Position numbers and translations under genes: made by a program. Below the pieces are notes generated by a model that worked only from the letters and a program-made list of their open reading frames with translations, did not search any database and had not been told where the DNA came from. This document shows positions 38,042 to 51,066 of a stretch of DNA of 64,000 nt, piece after piece; within the stretch, counting starts at the first letter, position 1, and every line of letters starts with the position of its first letter. This DNA comes from Octopus sinensis (lineage: Eukaryota), in NCBI RefSeq assembly GCF_006345805.1, contig NC_043011.1, positions 66,910,464 to 66,974,463 on the forward strand, written 5' to 3'.

Positions 38042-38742
38042 TATACGATATAGTGTATATTTAATTCCATGAGGAATCTACTTATAGGAATTCAATACGC
38101 TAGAAAGAACAGCTAGGTTCTATAACCACAAAATTAGGGATAAAACTCAAGAAGAACGAAATGAAAAATGAAAAACATTTTACCGTCTAGTTTCCTGGAC
38201 CAATTGGATTCTGATTTTAGTTTAGCAAGTCAAGGAACTCGCTAGGTGCAATCTTCTTCAGCAGGACCACCTAGGGTTAAACGTATACACGCTGGGCGAT
38301 GAAAACTACTTGTCCCGTATTTATACGTCCTAACCTCTTCAAAATCTACTGCGCAGCCGCAGACCCTCGCTAGCAATAAAAAAAAGGCAACTTTTAAAAC
38401 CGAAAATTATGTCGGCGAAGGTCTGCGGCTGCGCAGTAGATTTTGAAGAGGTTAGGATGTCTAAATACGGGACAAGTAGTTTTATCGCCAAGTGTGTATA
38501 CGTTTAACCCTAGGTGGTCCTGCTGAAGAAGATTGCACCTAGCGAGTTCCTTGACTCGCTAAGCTAAAATCAGAAACCAATTGGTCCAGGAAATTAGATC
38601 GTAAAATGTTTTTCATTTTTCATTTCGTTCTTGTTGAGGTTTATCCCTAATTTTGTGGTTATAGAACCTAGCTGTTCTTTCTAGCGTATTGAATTCCTAT
38701 AAGTAGATTCCTCATGTATTTAAATATACACTATATCGTATA
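38042..38742. mobile_element. ~700 bp fold-back element (329/328 bp arms, 44 nt spacer) with a hammerhead motif in each arm
   Basis: Arms 38042-38370 and 38415-38742 are reverse complements. The element is absent from paralog A, where only (TA)n remains. Confidence 0.85.
38518..38591 (+). ncRNA. Type I hammerhead ribozyme (predicted GUC cleavage after 38586)
   Basis: Stem I tcctg/cagga; CTGAAGA 38523-38529; stem II gatt/aatc plus hairpin tagcgagt/actcgcta; GAAA 38573-38576; palindromic stem III ACCAATTGGT; A.A mismatch at the base of stem II. Confidence 0.8.
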
Positions 38743-40111
38743 TATCTTTATATATATATATCTGTGTATGTATGTATTTATGTATGTATATATGTATGTA
38801 TATAACACTCGCAAATACTTATGAAAATTCAAAAATAGTTATCATTTCGCTACTTACGGAAAAGAACAAAGAAAAAATATGGAATATTTTATACGTAGTT
38901 TAGCGTTGGACTCAATAACTGCTCAATCTCTGACGATATAACGCTGTAATTTCTTTTATAATAGTGATGTAACATGTGTCGGAACGGTGCAACAGCCTAA
39001 TAAATTGGATTTATGGCGTTCTTTTGTAATATTTCAGACGTATTTGTTGATTTAGAGAAAATTGTCTACATCATTACGTACGTTTGATGAATTGTTTAAA
39101 AGTTTAAAGTAACTATCTTAATTTTGCCTGTAAATTTCTAAGCTTCAAAATGGTCGAGCGGCTATCAGGTATTGGAGGTTGTTGGGGTGTCAGCCTTTCA
39201 AACCTCATAGACGTCTGCTGGCAACATATTTAACTCGGGTAAGAGTAAACATACAGTATTTCTCTGCTCTTTTCACAGCTATATTTCGTTGGGAATTTAA
39301 TTGTCTGAAAATCACTAATACGTTCGGGGATTCCAAAGTTATCCTGAATATCATCTGAGATAGCGGTCTAATGACTGCATGTTAGTTAAAGCAAGAGCTT
39401 TCAGTCTGTCCGCACTTACTTTACTTTCCTATTTCACACAGAGAACGGTTAAAGCGATAGAAAGTCTCCTCGGAAGCGTAGAGGCGGCGAAATGTGTAGA
39501 TGCGGGGGATGTACAACTTTCACCATAAGATATATCGTGACGGATGTGTATCTGCTTTTCTCAGGGGAAATAGGTCACAAACATACTTTCCCTTAACACA
39601 AGAACATTGTACACACACACACACACACGCACACACACACACACTTATATATATTATATATTATATATATATATATATATATATCTTCCGGCTACACCAG
39701 CAATGTAACTACACACGTACTATTAGCGATTTCTTTTCCTTATTTGGACTTTTCTACTCCTTTCCGACAAAGTGCTCAGCACGAAATGTCAACTCCTTAT
39801 TTTTACCAAGTGTTAATTATACACATTCCTTAAACCCGTTCTCTTGCTCTCCCTTAGCTGTATTCGTTTATTTGAACAGTGTTTCTTTATGTGAATTCCT
39901 GTGTTGAAGCATATATCGTTGTGTCTGGAGAGAGTCATTCAGTTTTAATGTTTTATTAACACACTCGCCGCTTCCATTTCCACTCATTTACTTCTTTATT
40001 TTCTAAATTGTCCTTGCTTCTTGCAACCTCTTCTTGAAGTAACTGAGTGTATTAAGTACTAAGACATTAATAGAGAATGTCTCACGCCACCCGAGGCACA
40101 ACAATATATAT

Positions 40112-40180
<69 letters not shown>

Positions 40181-40473
40181 AAATATTAGGGAATAAATCC
40201 AAACTTACAGGGAAAAATAAGATTGAGGATTGAATCCAATTTTATAGTAAAATATTATATTATTTTAAATTAGAGATAAACCCACTATCAGGCAAATCAT
40301 ACAATGACATACTTAAGCCAATACATAAGATATGAAACGATCGTAGTGTTATACTAATTATCTTTTTTTAATAATTTTGATATATATTTAAAATAATATT
40401 AATTAATTAATCTTATGCTTTGGCTTAAGCTTTTCATTGTATGATTTGCCTAATAGTGGTTTTATCTCTAATG

Positions 40474-40574
<101 letters not shown>

Positions 40575-40663
40575 CAATAATAAAAACAATAATAATATGA
40601 GGGAATATTTCCAAACTTACCAGGAAAAATTCAATTTTGAAATACTAAATCAAATTTCACAAA

Positions 40664-40728
<65 letters not shown>

Positions 40729-40978
40729 TTCGACAAAAAACACCTTTTATCGATTCAATAATGAAATTTTAAATTATACCATTTAGAAAAATTACATACT
40801 ATAGAAAGATAAATCATAGAACAATGATTAAGTAATATGCAAAATAATAAATAAAATATATATATTTGGTATATATAACATTGTTATATGATTATCTTAT
40901 ATTTAATCTTTCTATAATATGTAATTTTTCTAAATGGTATAATTCAATTTTTCATGTTTGAATTTTTATAAGTATATA

Positions 40979-41014
<36 letters not shown>

Positions 41015-41569
41015 TTGAAAATTAAGAACTTTGACATGGAAACAAATAGATGGATGCTCACAGCCATGCTTTACTCTAAAGGTTGCATGCACTCCATACT
41101 TTGTATAGCGTTATGTAATATTTTGATAAAATATAGCAGGAATGAAAAACTGAAGCTGACTTCTTTTAAAATAAGTATTTAATATTTTCGGAACTAATGG
41201 TTGGAAATACTTTCACAACAATACAAATATCTGCTGTATTTGCATAATATTTATTTATATTTGTATGAGTATTAGAGTTACAATCGCAGGAACGAATACT
41301 GATTCGACGTTCCCCTGTAAAGAGCAGAAAAATATATTTATATATATTGACGAACTTTTAATATAAACAAAAAAGAAAGCAGTTTTCGTTTTTTTTTCTG
41401 CTAGTACTTTCATGCTTCACAATTTTAAATGGTATTAGCCAGTCAACGAACGACATCTCATTATACTTTTCTACGCTTCACTAGTTTCAATCCTTAAACT
41501 GCAGTTATACAAGAATACCGACGTGAAGACTTTTACTCCAACATGTCGCAGCTAATGCTCAAATTTGCG

Positions 41570-44346
41570 TCTCATTATCAAAAACTATACTCATGCCCAT
41601 TCTATTAAAAAACCTAGCTAACCTGCTCTTAGTTTTCTGCACTATTCTGTTCGTGGTGTTTTGCAGGTAAAACAGACAATCGTCACGATACAGGCCGCCC
41701 GCGATCTCCGGGAATTGGTCGGACAATTCGTAGAGAATATATATTCCGACCAAATCGGCTATCTGCGCACTATCCGAACTACTCATAGGCACATCAAATT
41801 CATTGGGAGTATCTTTACGGATCCACAACTTATTATCAAACTTAATAAACGATTTCCTGGCAACTAAAATGATATCTATCTCTTCTCTGGTGAGGCCAGC
41901 CTTGTTGTGAGCATGCCAGAGGGCCTTATTTAGCACACTAGGGTTAATCGAGGGGTAGAAGCTGGCGATATCAAACTGAATGAACCTAGTACGGTTCTTA
42001 TTGGGGATGGAAGAGAACCACTTCACTACCTGCGAGGAGTTGGCCCAGAGGCTGAGCTTCAGCTTGTTTACTAAACTAGGGATATATTTATCTAAAATGT
42101 ACTTACTGATTATCCCGATATCAGATCTAGCAGGGCATATGAGTCTTAGCGCTGGGTTGGTGTGGAAGTTCGTTTATGGTCCTTCACTATAAATCTGGGT
42201 TGCTTAGGGCTAAGCGGCTGAGTTTAAGGAAATAATATTTAAACACCGAATTCAAATGAGAACTCAGCCGCTTAGCCCTAAGCAACCCAGATTTATAGTG
42301 AAGGACCATAAACCGAACTTCCACACCAACCCAGCGCTAAGACTCATATGCCCTGCTAGATCTGATATCGGGATAATCAGTAAGTACACTAACCCAAGAT
42401 TCGTTATTCATCCGAGAATCACCCACCCGAATGCGAGAGCTGGCGTCCCGACCCATCACACTGATAGGAATAAGCATATATGGTTTGTAATCCCCTTTGG
42501 TAAGCAGATTAGAACTAACCTCCCCCTCATGTTTAGACAAGCCATCGCCAATAACTTCCCCAGAAATTCCAAATATTACTTCACGGTTAACTCGCATAAA
42601 GTTAGGATAGCTTTCTCCAACACTAAAAACCATGGCCCAGGTAATCGCCTCCCATAATAATAGGCTACTTACTAAGACCCTATCACCTTTTTCCGGAGGC
42701 ACAGCCTCTTCCGCTCCCGGTTTAATGCTCAGTAGGAATAATTATAGTAGTAACAATGATATGAGAGCCAGTACAGTGACACATAATCTCAGCTCCAGCC
42801 AGGGAGTACCCACTAGGGGTATAGTTATAAATAGGGGTGTTGTGGTTGACGGTAACAATGGGAGTAGGGAAGAGAGCCCCAATAGCATCCCCAGCATCAT
42901 TTCCCGCAATAGTAGCACCACGGGCACTAGCAATGACAGCACTCTGATAGATAGTGGAGAATCAGGGGTTATTCCTATAGATAATAGTGACGTAGTGGAA
43001 AAATAGAGTAGTAAGCGGCTGCAGGACTCGGAACGAATATAGTGACAGGAACGCAGTTCTAATTTCAGAAACTAATCCTAGCAGAATAAGATTCACGTCG
43101 GCAAACTCCAAGATCAAAAACGCCGTCTACCAATGCAAGGTTTACACGGACTCAGATGTCTTCACTTATGTAGGGGCCTCATCCTCAAGATTGTCTTTGC
43201 GAGTCTCCAACCATTACGCAACTTTTCGGGACATGAACAAGCGCCAGACCACGGGACTCAGTAAGCTAATATGGCGACTGAAGGATACGAACTTAAGCTA
43301 CAGGCTGGAATGGTCAATTTTGTCGGTGGCCCTCCCATTTGATAGGGGCAGAAGGCAGTGCAACCTTTGTGTCTCCGAACTCTTCCATATTTTGTTTGCC
43401 AGAGGCCGGATGGTAAACGGCTTTTACAGTCGGCTTTTCGATGCCCCCATTGGCGGCGTTACACTTATCTGGCTTTTAAATAGCGTTTATAAATAATACC
43501 GGCACCCATAGCCCTTGGTAACAAATTCTGAAATAGCCTTAAGATATCTACGATTAACCACTGCAAGGGGAATTACTCCTGTAAGATAAACGGGGCTTGG
43601 TTTTTTCACAACGGGGGGTTTCCTTGACAAGGCAGGCTTAGATGAACACACACACACATAAAACTTAATATATATTTTTTTTTCTGCCACCCAACGGTTC
43701 TCACTGCAGTAGCCACTGACAGCTGAACGATCAAACGCACACACGTACACAAAAAATGTTTTCTACCCCTACGCCAGCACACACATATATAGAACAGTAT
43801 ACACACACACGTCTCTAAGTAGATTTTTCTCGCCCCTTATAAAACATCCAATATTCCTTAAACATTCAGAACTTTATTCTACACACCCTCATCAACATGA
43901 TTGACCGATGCCTGACCCGTTAAATTCTTCAGCCACCGGTTCTCAACATACACTGATAAACAGTTTCGCCATGGGCTCTTAGGAGCCTAGTTCGATTTGT
44001 TTTGCTCCGCCTCTGTTCTGTTTTTGTTTTTTCCAACGGATTTCCTATTTCTTCCTGAAGAGAAAGACACAATATGGTCCCATTATTCAATCGGATTTTG
44101 GTAAATTGTGCCTTTCGAAACACGTGTAGAATGAAATAAAACGATTTCTGTTACATCTGCGTTCAGCTCCATTTCTTCAATTCACCAATAATATTTTAAT
44201 TTCAATTATCCGCACCAACGCACGGTTGCAACACCATATGGTTGTACCTCCAACCGTGCTGTTTACTGCTGTGATTTTTGCTACCAAGGTATCGGTTAAA
44301 CTTTTGATTAATCTACCACAAGATTATTCATTTCTATTTCACATAA

Positions 44347-44347
<1 letters not shown>
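41570..44347. mobile_element. Rearranged Penelope-like element: RT core inverted (minus strand), thumb and GIY-YIG endonuclease on the plus strand
   Basis: Minus: FIQFDIASFYPSI, FDVPMSSSDSAQIADLVG, GLYRDD. Plus: KDHKPNF..RLICPARS, IWFVIPF..FP..VRIAFS, VYQCKV..TYVG..NH..GLSKLIW..CNLC. The whole segment is absent from paralog C. Confidence 0.9.
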
Positions 44348-44413
<66 letters not shown>

Positions 44414-44421
44414 ATATATAA

Positions 44422-44457
<36 letters not shown>

Positions 44458-45029
44458 TGTATTGAAAATTAAGAACTTTGACATGGAAACAGTTAGATGG
44501 ATGCTCACAGCCAGACTTTACTCTAAATGTTGCATGCACTCCATACATTGTATAACGTTATGTAATATTTTGATAAAATATAGTAGGAATGAAAACTGAA
44601 GCTGACTTCTTTTAAAATAAGTATCTAATATTTTCGGAACTAATGGTTGGAAATACTTTGACAACAATACAAATTTCTGCTGTATTTGCATAATATTTAT
44701 TCATATTTGTATGAGTATTAGAGTTACAATCGCAGGAACGAATACTGATTCGATGTTCCCCTGTAAAGAGCAGAAAAATATATTTATATATATTGACGAA
44801 CATTTAATATAAACAAAAAAGAAAGCAGATTTCGTTTTTTTTTTCTGCTAGTACTTTCATGCTTCACAATTTTAAATGGTATTAGCCAGTCAACGAACGA
44901 CATCTCATTATACTTTTCTACGCTTCACTAGTTTCAATCCTTAAACTGCAGTTATACAAGAATACCGACGTGAAGACTTTTACTCCAACATGTCGCAGCT
45001 AATGCTCAAATTTGCGACTCGTACTTATT

Positions 45030-45215
45030 ATGTCTTGATTCTCTCCCCTGAACCACTTATTGACCAGGGCATAAACAATCTAACAACTGTTACAATGTTC
45101 ACTCACAAGGCTTTTGTCAGTCCTAGCTTGTACTATGGGTCATTTGCGTAATTTGCCGCGTATGAGATTTCAGCCTGAACCAAAGGATTGCGAGATCAGC
45201 TTCTTATTGCGCAGG
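45030..45215 (-). mobile_element. Highly degenerate tRNA-derived SINE (duplicate at ~63180-63362)
   Basis: Remnants cactcacaaggctttt and ...gcgcagg. Confidence 0.45.
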
Positions 45216-46473
45216 TGCTGATTTTTATGTGAATGCTTTTAAATTTAACTACAAAAATCTAGTGATTACTTTGATAGGTTATACCCTTTCTTTTATACTA
45301 TTGCCAGCGTGTTATGATTATTGAAGTCCATATGTATTACTGCGATATGCTATACTTAACGCATGTTAAACTTTCTGTAATATTATCGTAACAACACCAG
45401 TTTATAGAACTTCATTTTTAAGAAAGCATTCTCTGAACGCGATAGTGTATATTTTAGATTACAAGCAATGGTGACATGTATTACATATCTATCGCATCAA
45501 CGTCACTGTAAATCGCTCTAATATTCCCCCTAGTGCATTGCAATATCATATTAATACGGGAGAGAGAAAGAGAGTGAGAAATCATGTAATATACGCTGTA
45601 TCAGCACCTTAATGTGGCTGATGGCAAGAATAATAGCAATGAAAGTATGCTGTAATGCTACAATAAAATTTAGCAGGTTTGGCATGGACGGTAGGCTGTT
45701 TGTTTTATCGTCAATTTAGTTTAATTGTAGTCTTATTCCAAAGGCTTCACATACTACCACAATTGCGGTTATTAGAGAAAAAATTCGCCGGTGTAACTAT
45801 GAAACATATCTCTCAAATTTACATAATCGTAATAATATATGGATGTGTCAGCATCAGTAGGAATGTATTGCTTACCCCAATTCTGCTACCGGAAGTTTTT
45901 GGTTTCTTCGTCGTACCTGCCTGGAAACAAAGTATTGATATGTTGTGAAAACCATTCACACATCATCAGAAACTTTTCCAACACAACATGACAAATGATA
46001 GAGGGTACTTTCTATTAAAAATCTTTCGAAACTTTATGGGCCTTCCCAACATCCTGATTGATTTCGTCCACAAAACACACTGAGAGGCTCCTGTACTTTC
46101 GGGAATAAAGCAAAAATATTTTTGAAAATTTATGAATTATTCAAATCCCCCTCCAACAGAAAATACTGATTTTGGCCATTTTTTGTATTGCACTGCGCAC
46201 TTAAAAACGATAGGAAACGCCTTTAAGATCAAAATAAAATCAAAATATATTGGAATCATTAAAATCCCCACTTGCTGCGTTTTCAAGCAGAAATATACCC
46301 AGAGGAAATTTATCGTTCTCTGCCCAATATACAAGCCATTATTCTATGCTCTTTTAATTGTCAGCAAGATAGCAAAGCAATTAGCATACCGGACAAAATG
46401 ATTTTTGTTCCGAACGCAGTTTAAAATTCTGCCGCTGCCTGCATTCGCATTCATCATTTTGGTGTCGATAAAA

Positions 46474-46870
46474 TATCAGGTCACCCCATAAGTTCTGTCC
46501 GATTTTACCTTTTTTAAAATTGAATGAAATTGAATTGTATTTTAGAATGTCTAATAGAATTAAAAATTAGTTTTATGCATTAGTGTCCATTTAAACTAAT
46601 TAAATGTTATTTTACAGAATAATAGAATTAAAATTTCTTTGATTAAAATCCTTTCTAACATGAAAGTATCAAGAGCATTTGAGGCACATAATGCTTTATG
46701 GGTACAAAAAAGGGAACTCTGCCGCCGGAGAAATTTACACGCAGATTATGGGAAAGAATGCTTGAATGAAAAATCTTCCAGCAGATTTTTTGCAAAATTC
46801 AGAAGTGGAAATTTCAGGCTTGAAGATGAAGATCGAACAGGACGAATTGAAGAATTGAAAAGTTGGCAAA
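46474..46870 (+). mobile_element. Mariner 5' fragment (left TIR and HTH region)
   Basis: TAtcaggtcaccccataagttctgtccg TIR; MKVSR/HLRHIMLYGYKKGNSAA and FFAKFRSGNFRLEDEDRTGR. Confidence 0.75.
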
Positions 46871-49110
46871 AAAGCATAGTTCAAACCATGCAACTGTTCA
46901 TCGTCATGCACAGAGACTATTAGATGAAATACTGCAAGCATGGTAGCTGCATCTATGATTGATCTTGTTACGTCATTGTCGGCAAGTTCTATTTTGTATT
47001 ATTTTCTATTTAAAAAAAAAGAAACGTAACTAATTAACAAATACTTTCTTTACTCGATTATTCCTTCAAAGGTGTATTTTAGAGCGGTTCATGTGATCTT
47101 ATCTTTCTACAATGAAACTATTCTTTCTCAAACAATCGTTTCTATTTTAGTTAAGACGGGAAGTGTAAAAGAAATTAAACAAATAGGATTGATGCAAATG
47201 ACTTACCACACACTTATGGAAATGAACAAAGTCAAAAAATCTTCTACAATATCTGCCTAATTCTTTCGTACATGCTTCAAACTTCTTGTACTCTCTGAAA
47301 GATGAAAATATGATTGAATGTTCTCTTCTGATCTAAGTACAAGGACTGAAATTTGGCGGGGAAGGATGCCAGTCGATTAGCTCAACCTCAGTACGTAACT
47401 GGTACTTAATTTATCGACTCCGAAATTATGAAAGGCAAAGTTGACCCCAGTGGACATTTGAACTCAAAAACATGATTAAATGTTATACATTCAGCGTTTT
47501 TGCTTTGTTTATAATTCTACCCTCTAATTTCCTCTAATATCAACTCTATTCCGGGCTGAAACTCTCTTTTTCTGTGGGTGAATCATAAGTAGCAAGATCA
47601 AATGCAATACTCGGGTATTTCAAAAATATAAACTGTCAAACACGTAGTTTAGTAACAATAGGCAACACCGCAAGAAAGAACATTATTTCAGCCAGATATA
47701 TTATCCAGGCATTGGACTTTTGAAGTTGTGGAAACAAACCTAGTGAAATTTCGTTTCAATATAAATAAAAAATACGTGCTATGATTCACATTTAAGTGAG
47801 TGCTGCCTAACACATTCTGTGGGGTCATTTCACTTATTGACATGGGTATGTAAACAACCAAAATACCGTTCGAGTGGCCCAATACGCTTTGTTCAAACTA
47901 GTTTAGTTTAAACCATACTAATATAATGTCTCAACAATTGTAAACGGATAAAAAGTTATAGTCAGTTTCATCGACTGAATACTATTTAATTATATCGATC
48001 ATATTGAAAACAATACAAGCTTTACAACAACAAACATCTGCCATAAAATTACTCGATTAATACTACCCGTAACACCAAGAGTAGCAGTACGATCGTACAT
48101 ACTTGCAGAATTTCGTTGTCGAATCAATTGCTGGATAGCTTGACGCACACTTCGATGAGGCCTCTTGACTGCATTGAATTGACAACGCAACATCTAAAAA
48201 TTTGAAAATGTATTTGAAATTCTGAAATTATTTTTACGACACTGAGTTTATGCTGCAAAACAAAACCATAATTTCCGTTTATGTTCAATTCCTATTACTA
48301 AGAGGAGAGGCATATGGCGGTTGTTGGCCTGATTTTGCGAAGTTATGCGTATGAGGTTAACGTTTCAAAATGTTCCGTGTTGGGTAGAACTTTTTTCAGG
48401 GTATTTCACAATGGTCCAATCTGCAAATTGTTTCTCATAATTTTTAAATAATTCTCAAACTAATAAGTGTGTGATTTAAGGTCGAATTAGCTGTTTTTTT
48501 TAGTAAATCCAACAACACCTGATACCTTTCTCATTTCTTTCTCATATGTATTGATATGTTTTTAATATTTTGCCCCCCAAAACTCATTTTAGCGAATGAT
48601 GGTGCAGTGATTAATTGTCGGGATTTAAGCAAAGCAAAAATAAAAAAATAAAAGTAATTGAAATTTCTGATCGCCCATCCTGCCCCAAGAGGGGCGGTTA
48701 GAAAAAGCAAAGTTACTATTCTATGAAAACAGATTATTTTTCACAAAACATTTTTAGAACACCCTATCACCCTATCACCCTATCACCCTAATTTTAACAT
48801 TTTGAATATCTATTTGAATATCTATTTGTACAGGATAGGTGTGATAAAATGAAAGTAAAATTTAGAATACGAAGCATTCCAACGACACAATACATATGCG
48901 CAGAGACAGCGTAATCAAGAGTGTGGTGTATAAGTGAAAGACAGATAGATAGAAGGAGGGGAAGACAGGGAATTAGAGAAAGACTGCAAGAGAGTTGTCG
49001 ATCTAGAAGTTGAGTTATGTTTCGTACATTGTGACGCACATTTCGCGAATTAAATTCGGTTTATGCCTAGCTGCATATATTCGCATTTATATAGTGTATA
49101 TATACAGGGT

Positions 49111-49778
49111 CCTATGCCTTCAGAACGTCCGACGACGGAGTGTTCCTCCACACCAGGGCTGATGGTGGGTTGTTCAATCTTGCGCGCCTCAGAGCTAAGA
49201 CCAAAGACCGTCAGGTGCTGATCAGAGAGATCCTCTTTGCTGACGATGCCGCCCTAACATCACACAACCAGCCGGGTCTCCAGAGGCTGGTCAGCCCCCT
49301 AGCGGATGCCTGCCAAGAGTTCGGCCTTACCATCGACCTGAAAAAGTCAGAGATCATGGGCCAGGACGTCGCATGCCTAAAGACATCCTGTACAGCGAAC
49401 TCACCACGGGATCCCGACCCAAGGACGTCCACCTACGATACAGGGATGTGTGCAAGCGTGACCTGAGGACTGCCAACATCTGTGTGGACACGTGGGAGGT
49501 AACAACTGCTGACCGCTCTGCCTGGCGTCGGACAGTGAGGAAAGGCGTGTCCATGGCTGAGGAAAGGAGAGCACAGCTGTGGTCGGACAGGCGGGACAGG
49601 AGGAGGACAACTGCAGCAACACCCCACACGTACCCATCGATGTTCGTGTGCAGCAACTGTACCATGGACTGCCACTCTAGAATTGGACTGTTCAGTCACA
49701 GCAGACGCTGCTCATCATCAAAGTAGGCCCCACCCTTGGCGCGACCCATTGTCTATCAAGACAGACGGGGAAAAGAAG
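49111..49778 (+). mobile_element. 5'-truncated, internally deleted RTE (BovB-like) LINE with 11-bp TSD
   Basis: LFNLARLRAKTK..IREILFADDAAL, MPKDILYSEL, CSNCTMDCHSRIGLFSH. TSD atatacagggt at 49100-49110 and 49779-49789. Confidence 0.9.
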
Positions 49779-49783
49779 ATATA

Positions 49784-51066
49784 CAGGGTGGGGAAGCAAA
49801 ATTTACAATATTTTGAGGCAGGGATTGAAAGTCATTGTATGACTAATCAGTTTATTGAAAGTCATGAGAATTATTTGCCACAAGAAAATTTACATAACAG
49901 AAAATGTTTTTATTCTGTGTCCTTCTTTCTCAATTACTGCCATCACACGCTTCCTGGATCTTGTGCAAGTGTTCCTCAAATATTTGGGAGACAAAGTCTC
50001 CCATTCTTCTTTAATAGTATATTTAAGAGAGTCGACATTACTGTGTGATGTTCTATTGGTAGCATGTTCTAAAACGCCCCAAATAGCATAATCCAGAGGG
50101 TTTAGATCTGGGCTAGAAGGTGGCCATAAACAGGATTCCCAAAAATTGCTAAAGTTGGATTTGCAGAAATCTTGTATTTTTCTAGCTGTGTGGGCTGGAG
50201 CACCATCCTGTGTCCATATATAATTGCCATCTGGGTAGTTTGCTTTAAGCCATGGCAATACCTGGTATATCAGAGTCTTGTAGTAAGTATTAACATTGAT
50301 CTTTTCATAAGCTTTGTAGAAATTTATACGCACTTTCTTTTTATCGGAAACCAACAACACCAAAAGCCATAACTTGAGCAGGATGATTTGTTTTGAATGT
50401 CCCCTTAACCTCAGCTGTTGATTTTACAATAAATCTATCCTTTCTGCGGTTCAGAACAGCATTGAACTGAAGATCTTCTCATCTAAAAAGATCGTTACAA
50501 TGGAGGACTTTTTCTTGAACCATGTAATAATTTTCTTGCACCTTTCCAATCTCTTTTCCATCATAGCTGTTGTCAACAAGTGTTTTGGTGTTCTTGTGTA
50601 CGATTTTAACCTCAAATCATATATTACTGCTTCTAATGGTCTCGTTGACTACCTCAAGTTCAGTTGCCATTTTTCTCATGGATTTGGTTGGATCCTTTAG
50701 GAATTTGGATTTCAGAGCTTTAATAAAAGCTTTGGTACTTATTTGTTGATTCCTCCACTTCCAGACCTCCTCATAATAGTTTTGCTCATAGTCATTCTAT
50801 TCTTTACATTATAAACAGTCTTTATGGACACTCCAACTATCCTTGAAATCTCCTTTAGTGTGACGAGTGCATTCACCAAATCACACACTCTTTGACATTT
50901 GCTTTCCTGATTACTCATATGGGTAAATGTTTCTGAAAAGGTAACGATAATAGTGTTAGGTATGATTACGACATCAATATATGCTAGGTTTCAAAACAAT
51001 TGTCTTAGTGCTTGCTGAGAAAAAAAACAACTTATCGTTCATTGTAAATTTTGCTTCCCCATCCCG
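49784..51066 (-). mobile_element. Full-length maT (DD37D) Tc1/mariner element
   Basis: 26-bp TIR cagggtggggaagcaaaatttacaat at both ends with TA flanks. ORF 49890-50363 has QDGAPAH-(37 aa)-DLNPLDYAIW. Confidence 0.92.

Noticed and set aside
39762-39800. Hammerhead-like ccgacaa-gtgc/gcac-gaaa (also at ~61343)
   Set aside because: Core and stem III are mutated; at most a dead relic.
43935-43990. Minus-strand ctaagagcccatggcgaaa and a nearby ctgaaga
   Set aside because: The core lacks G5 or gives a GUG triplet, and no consistent stem I/III could be drawn.
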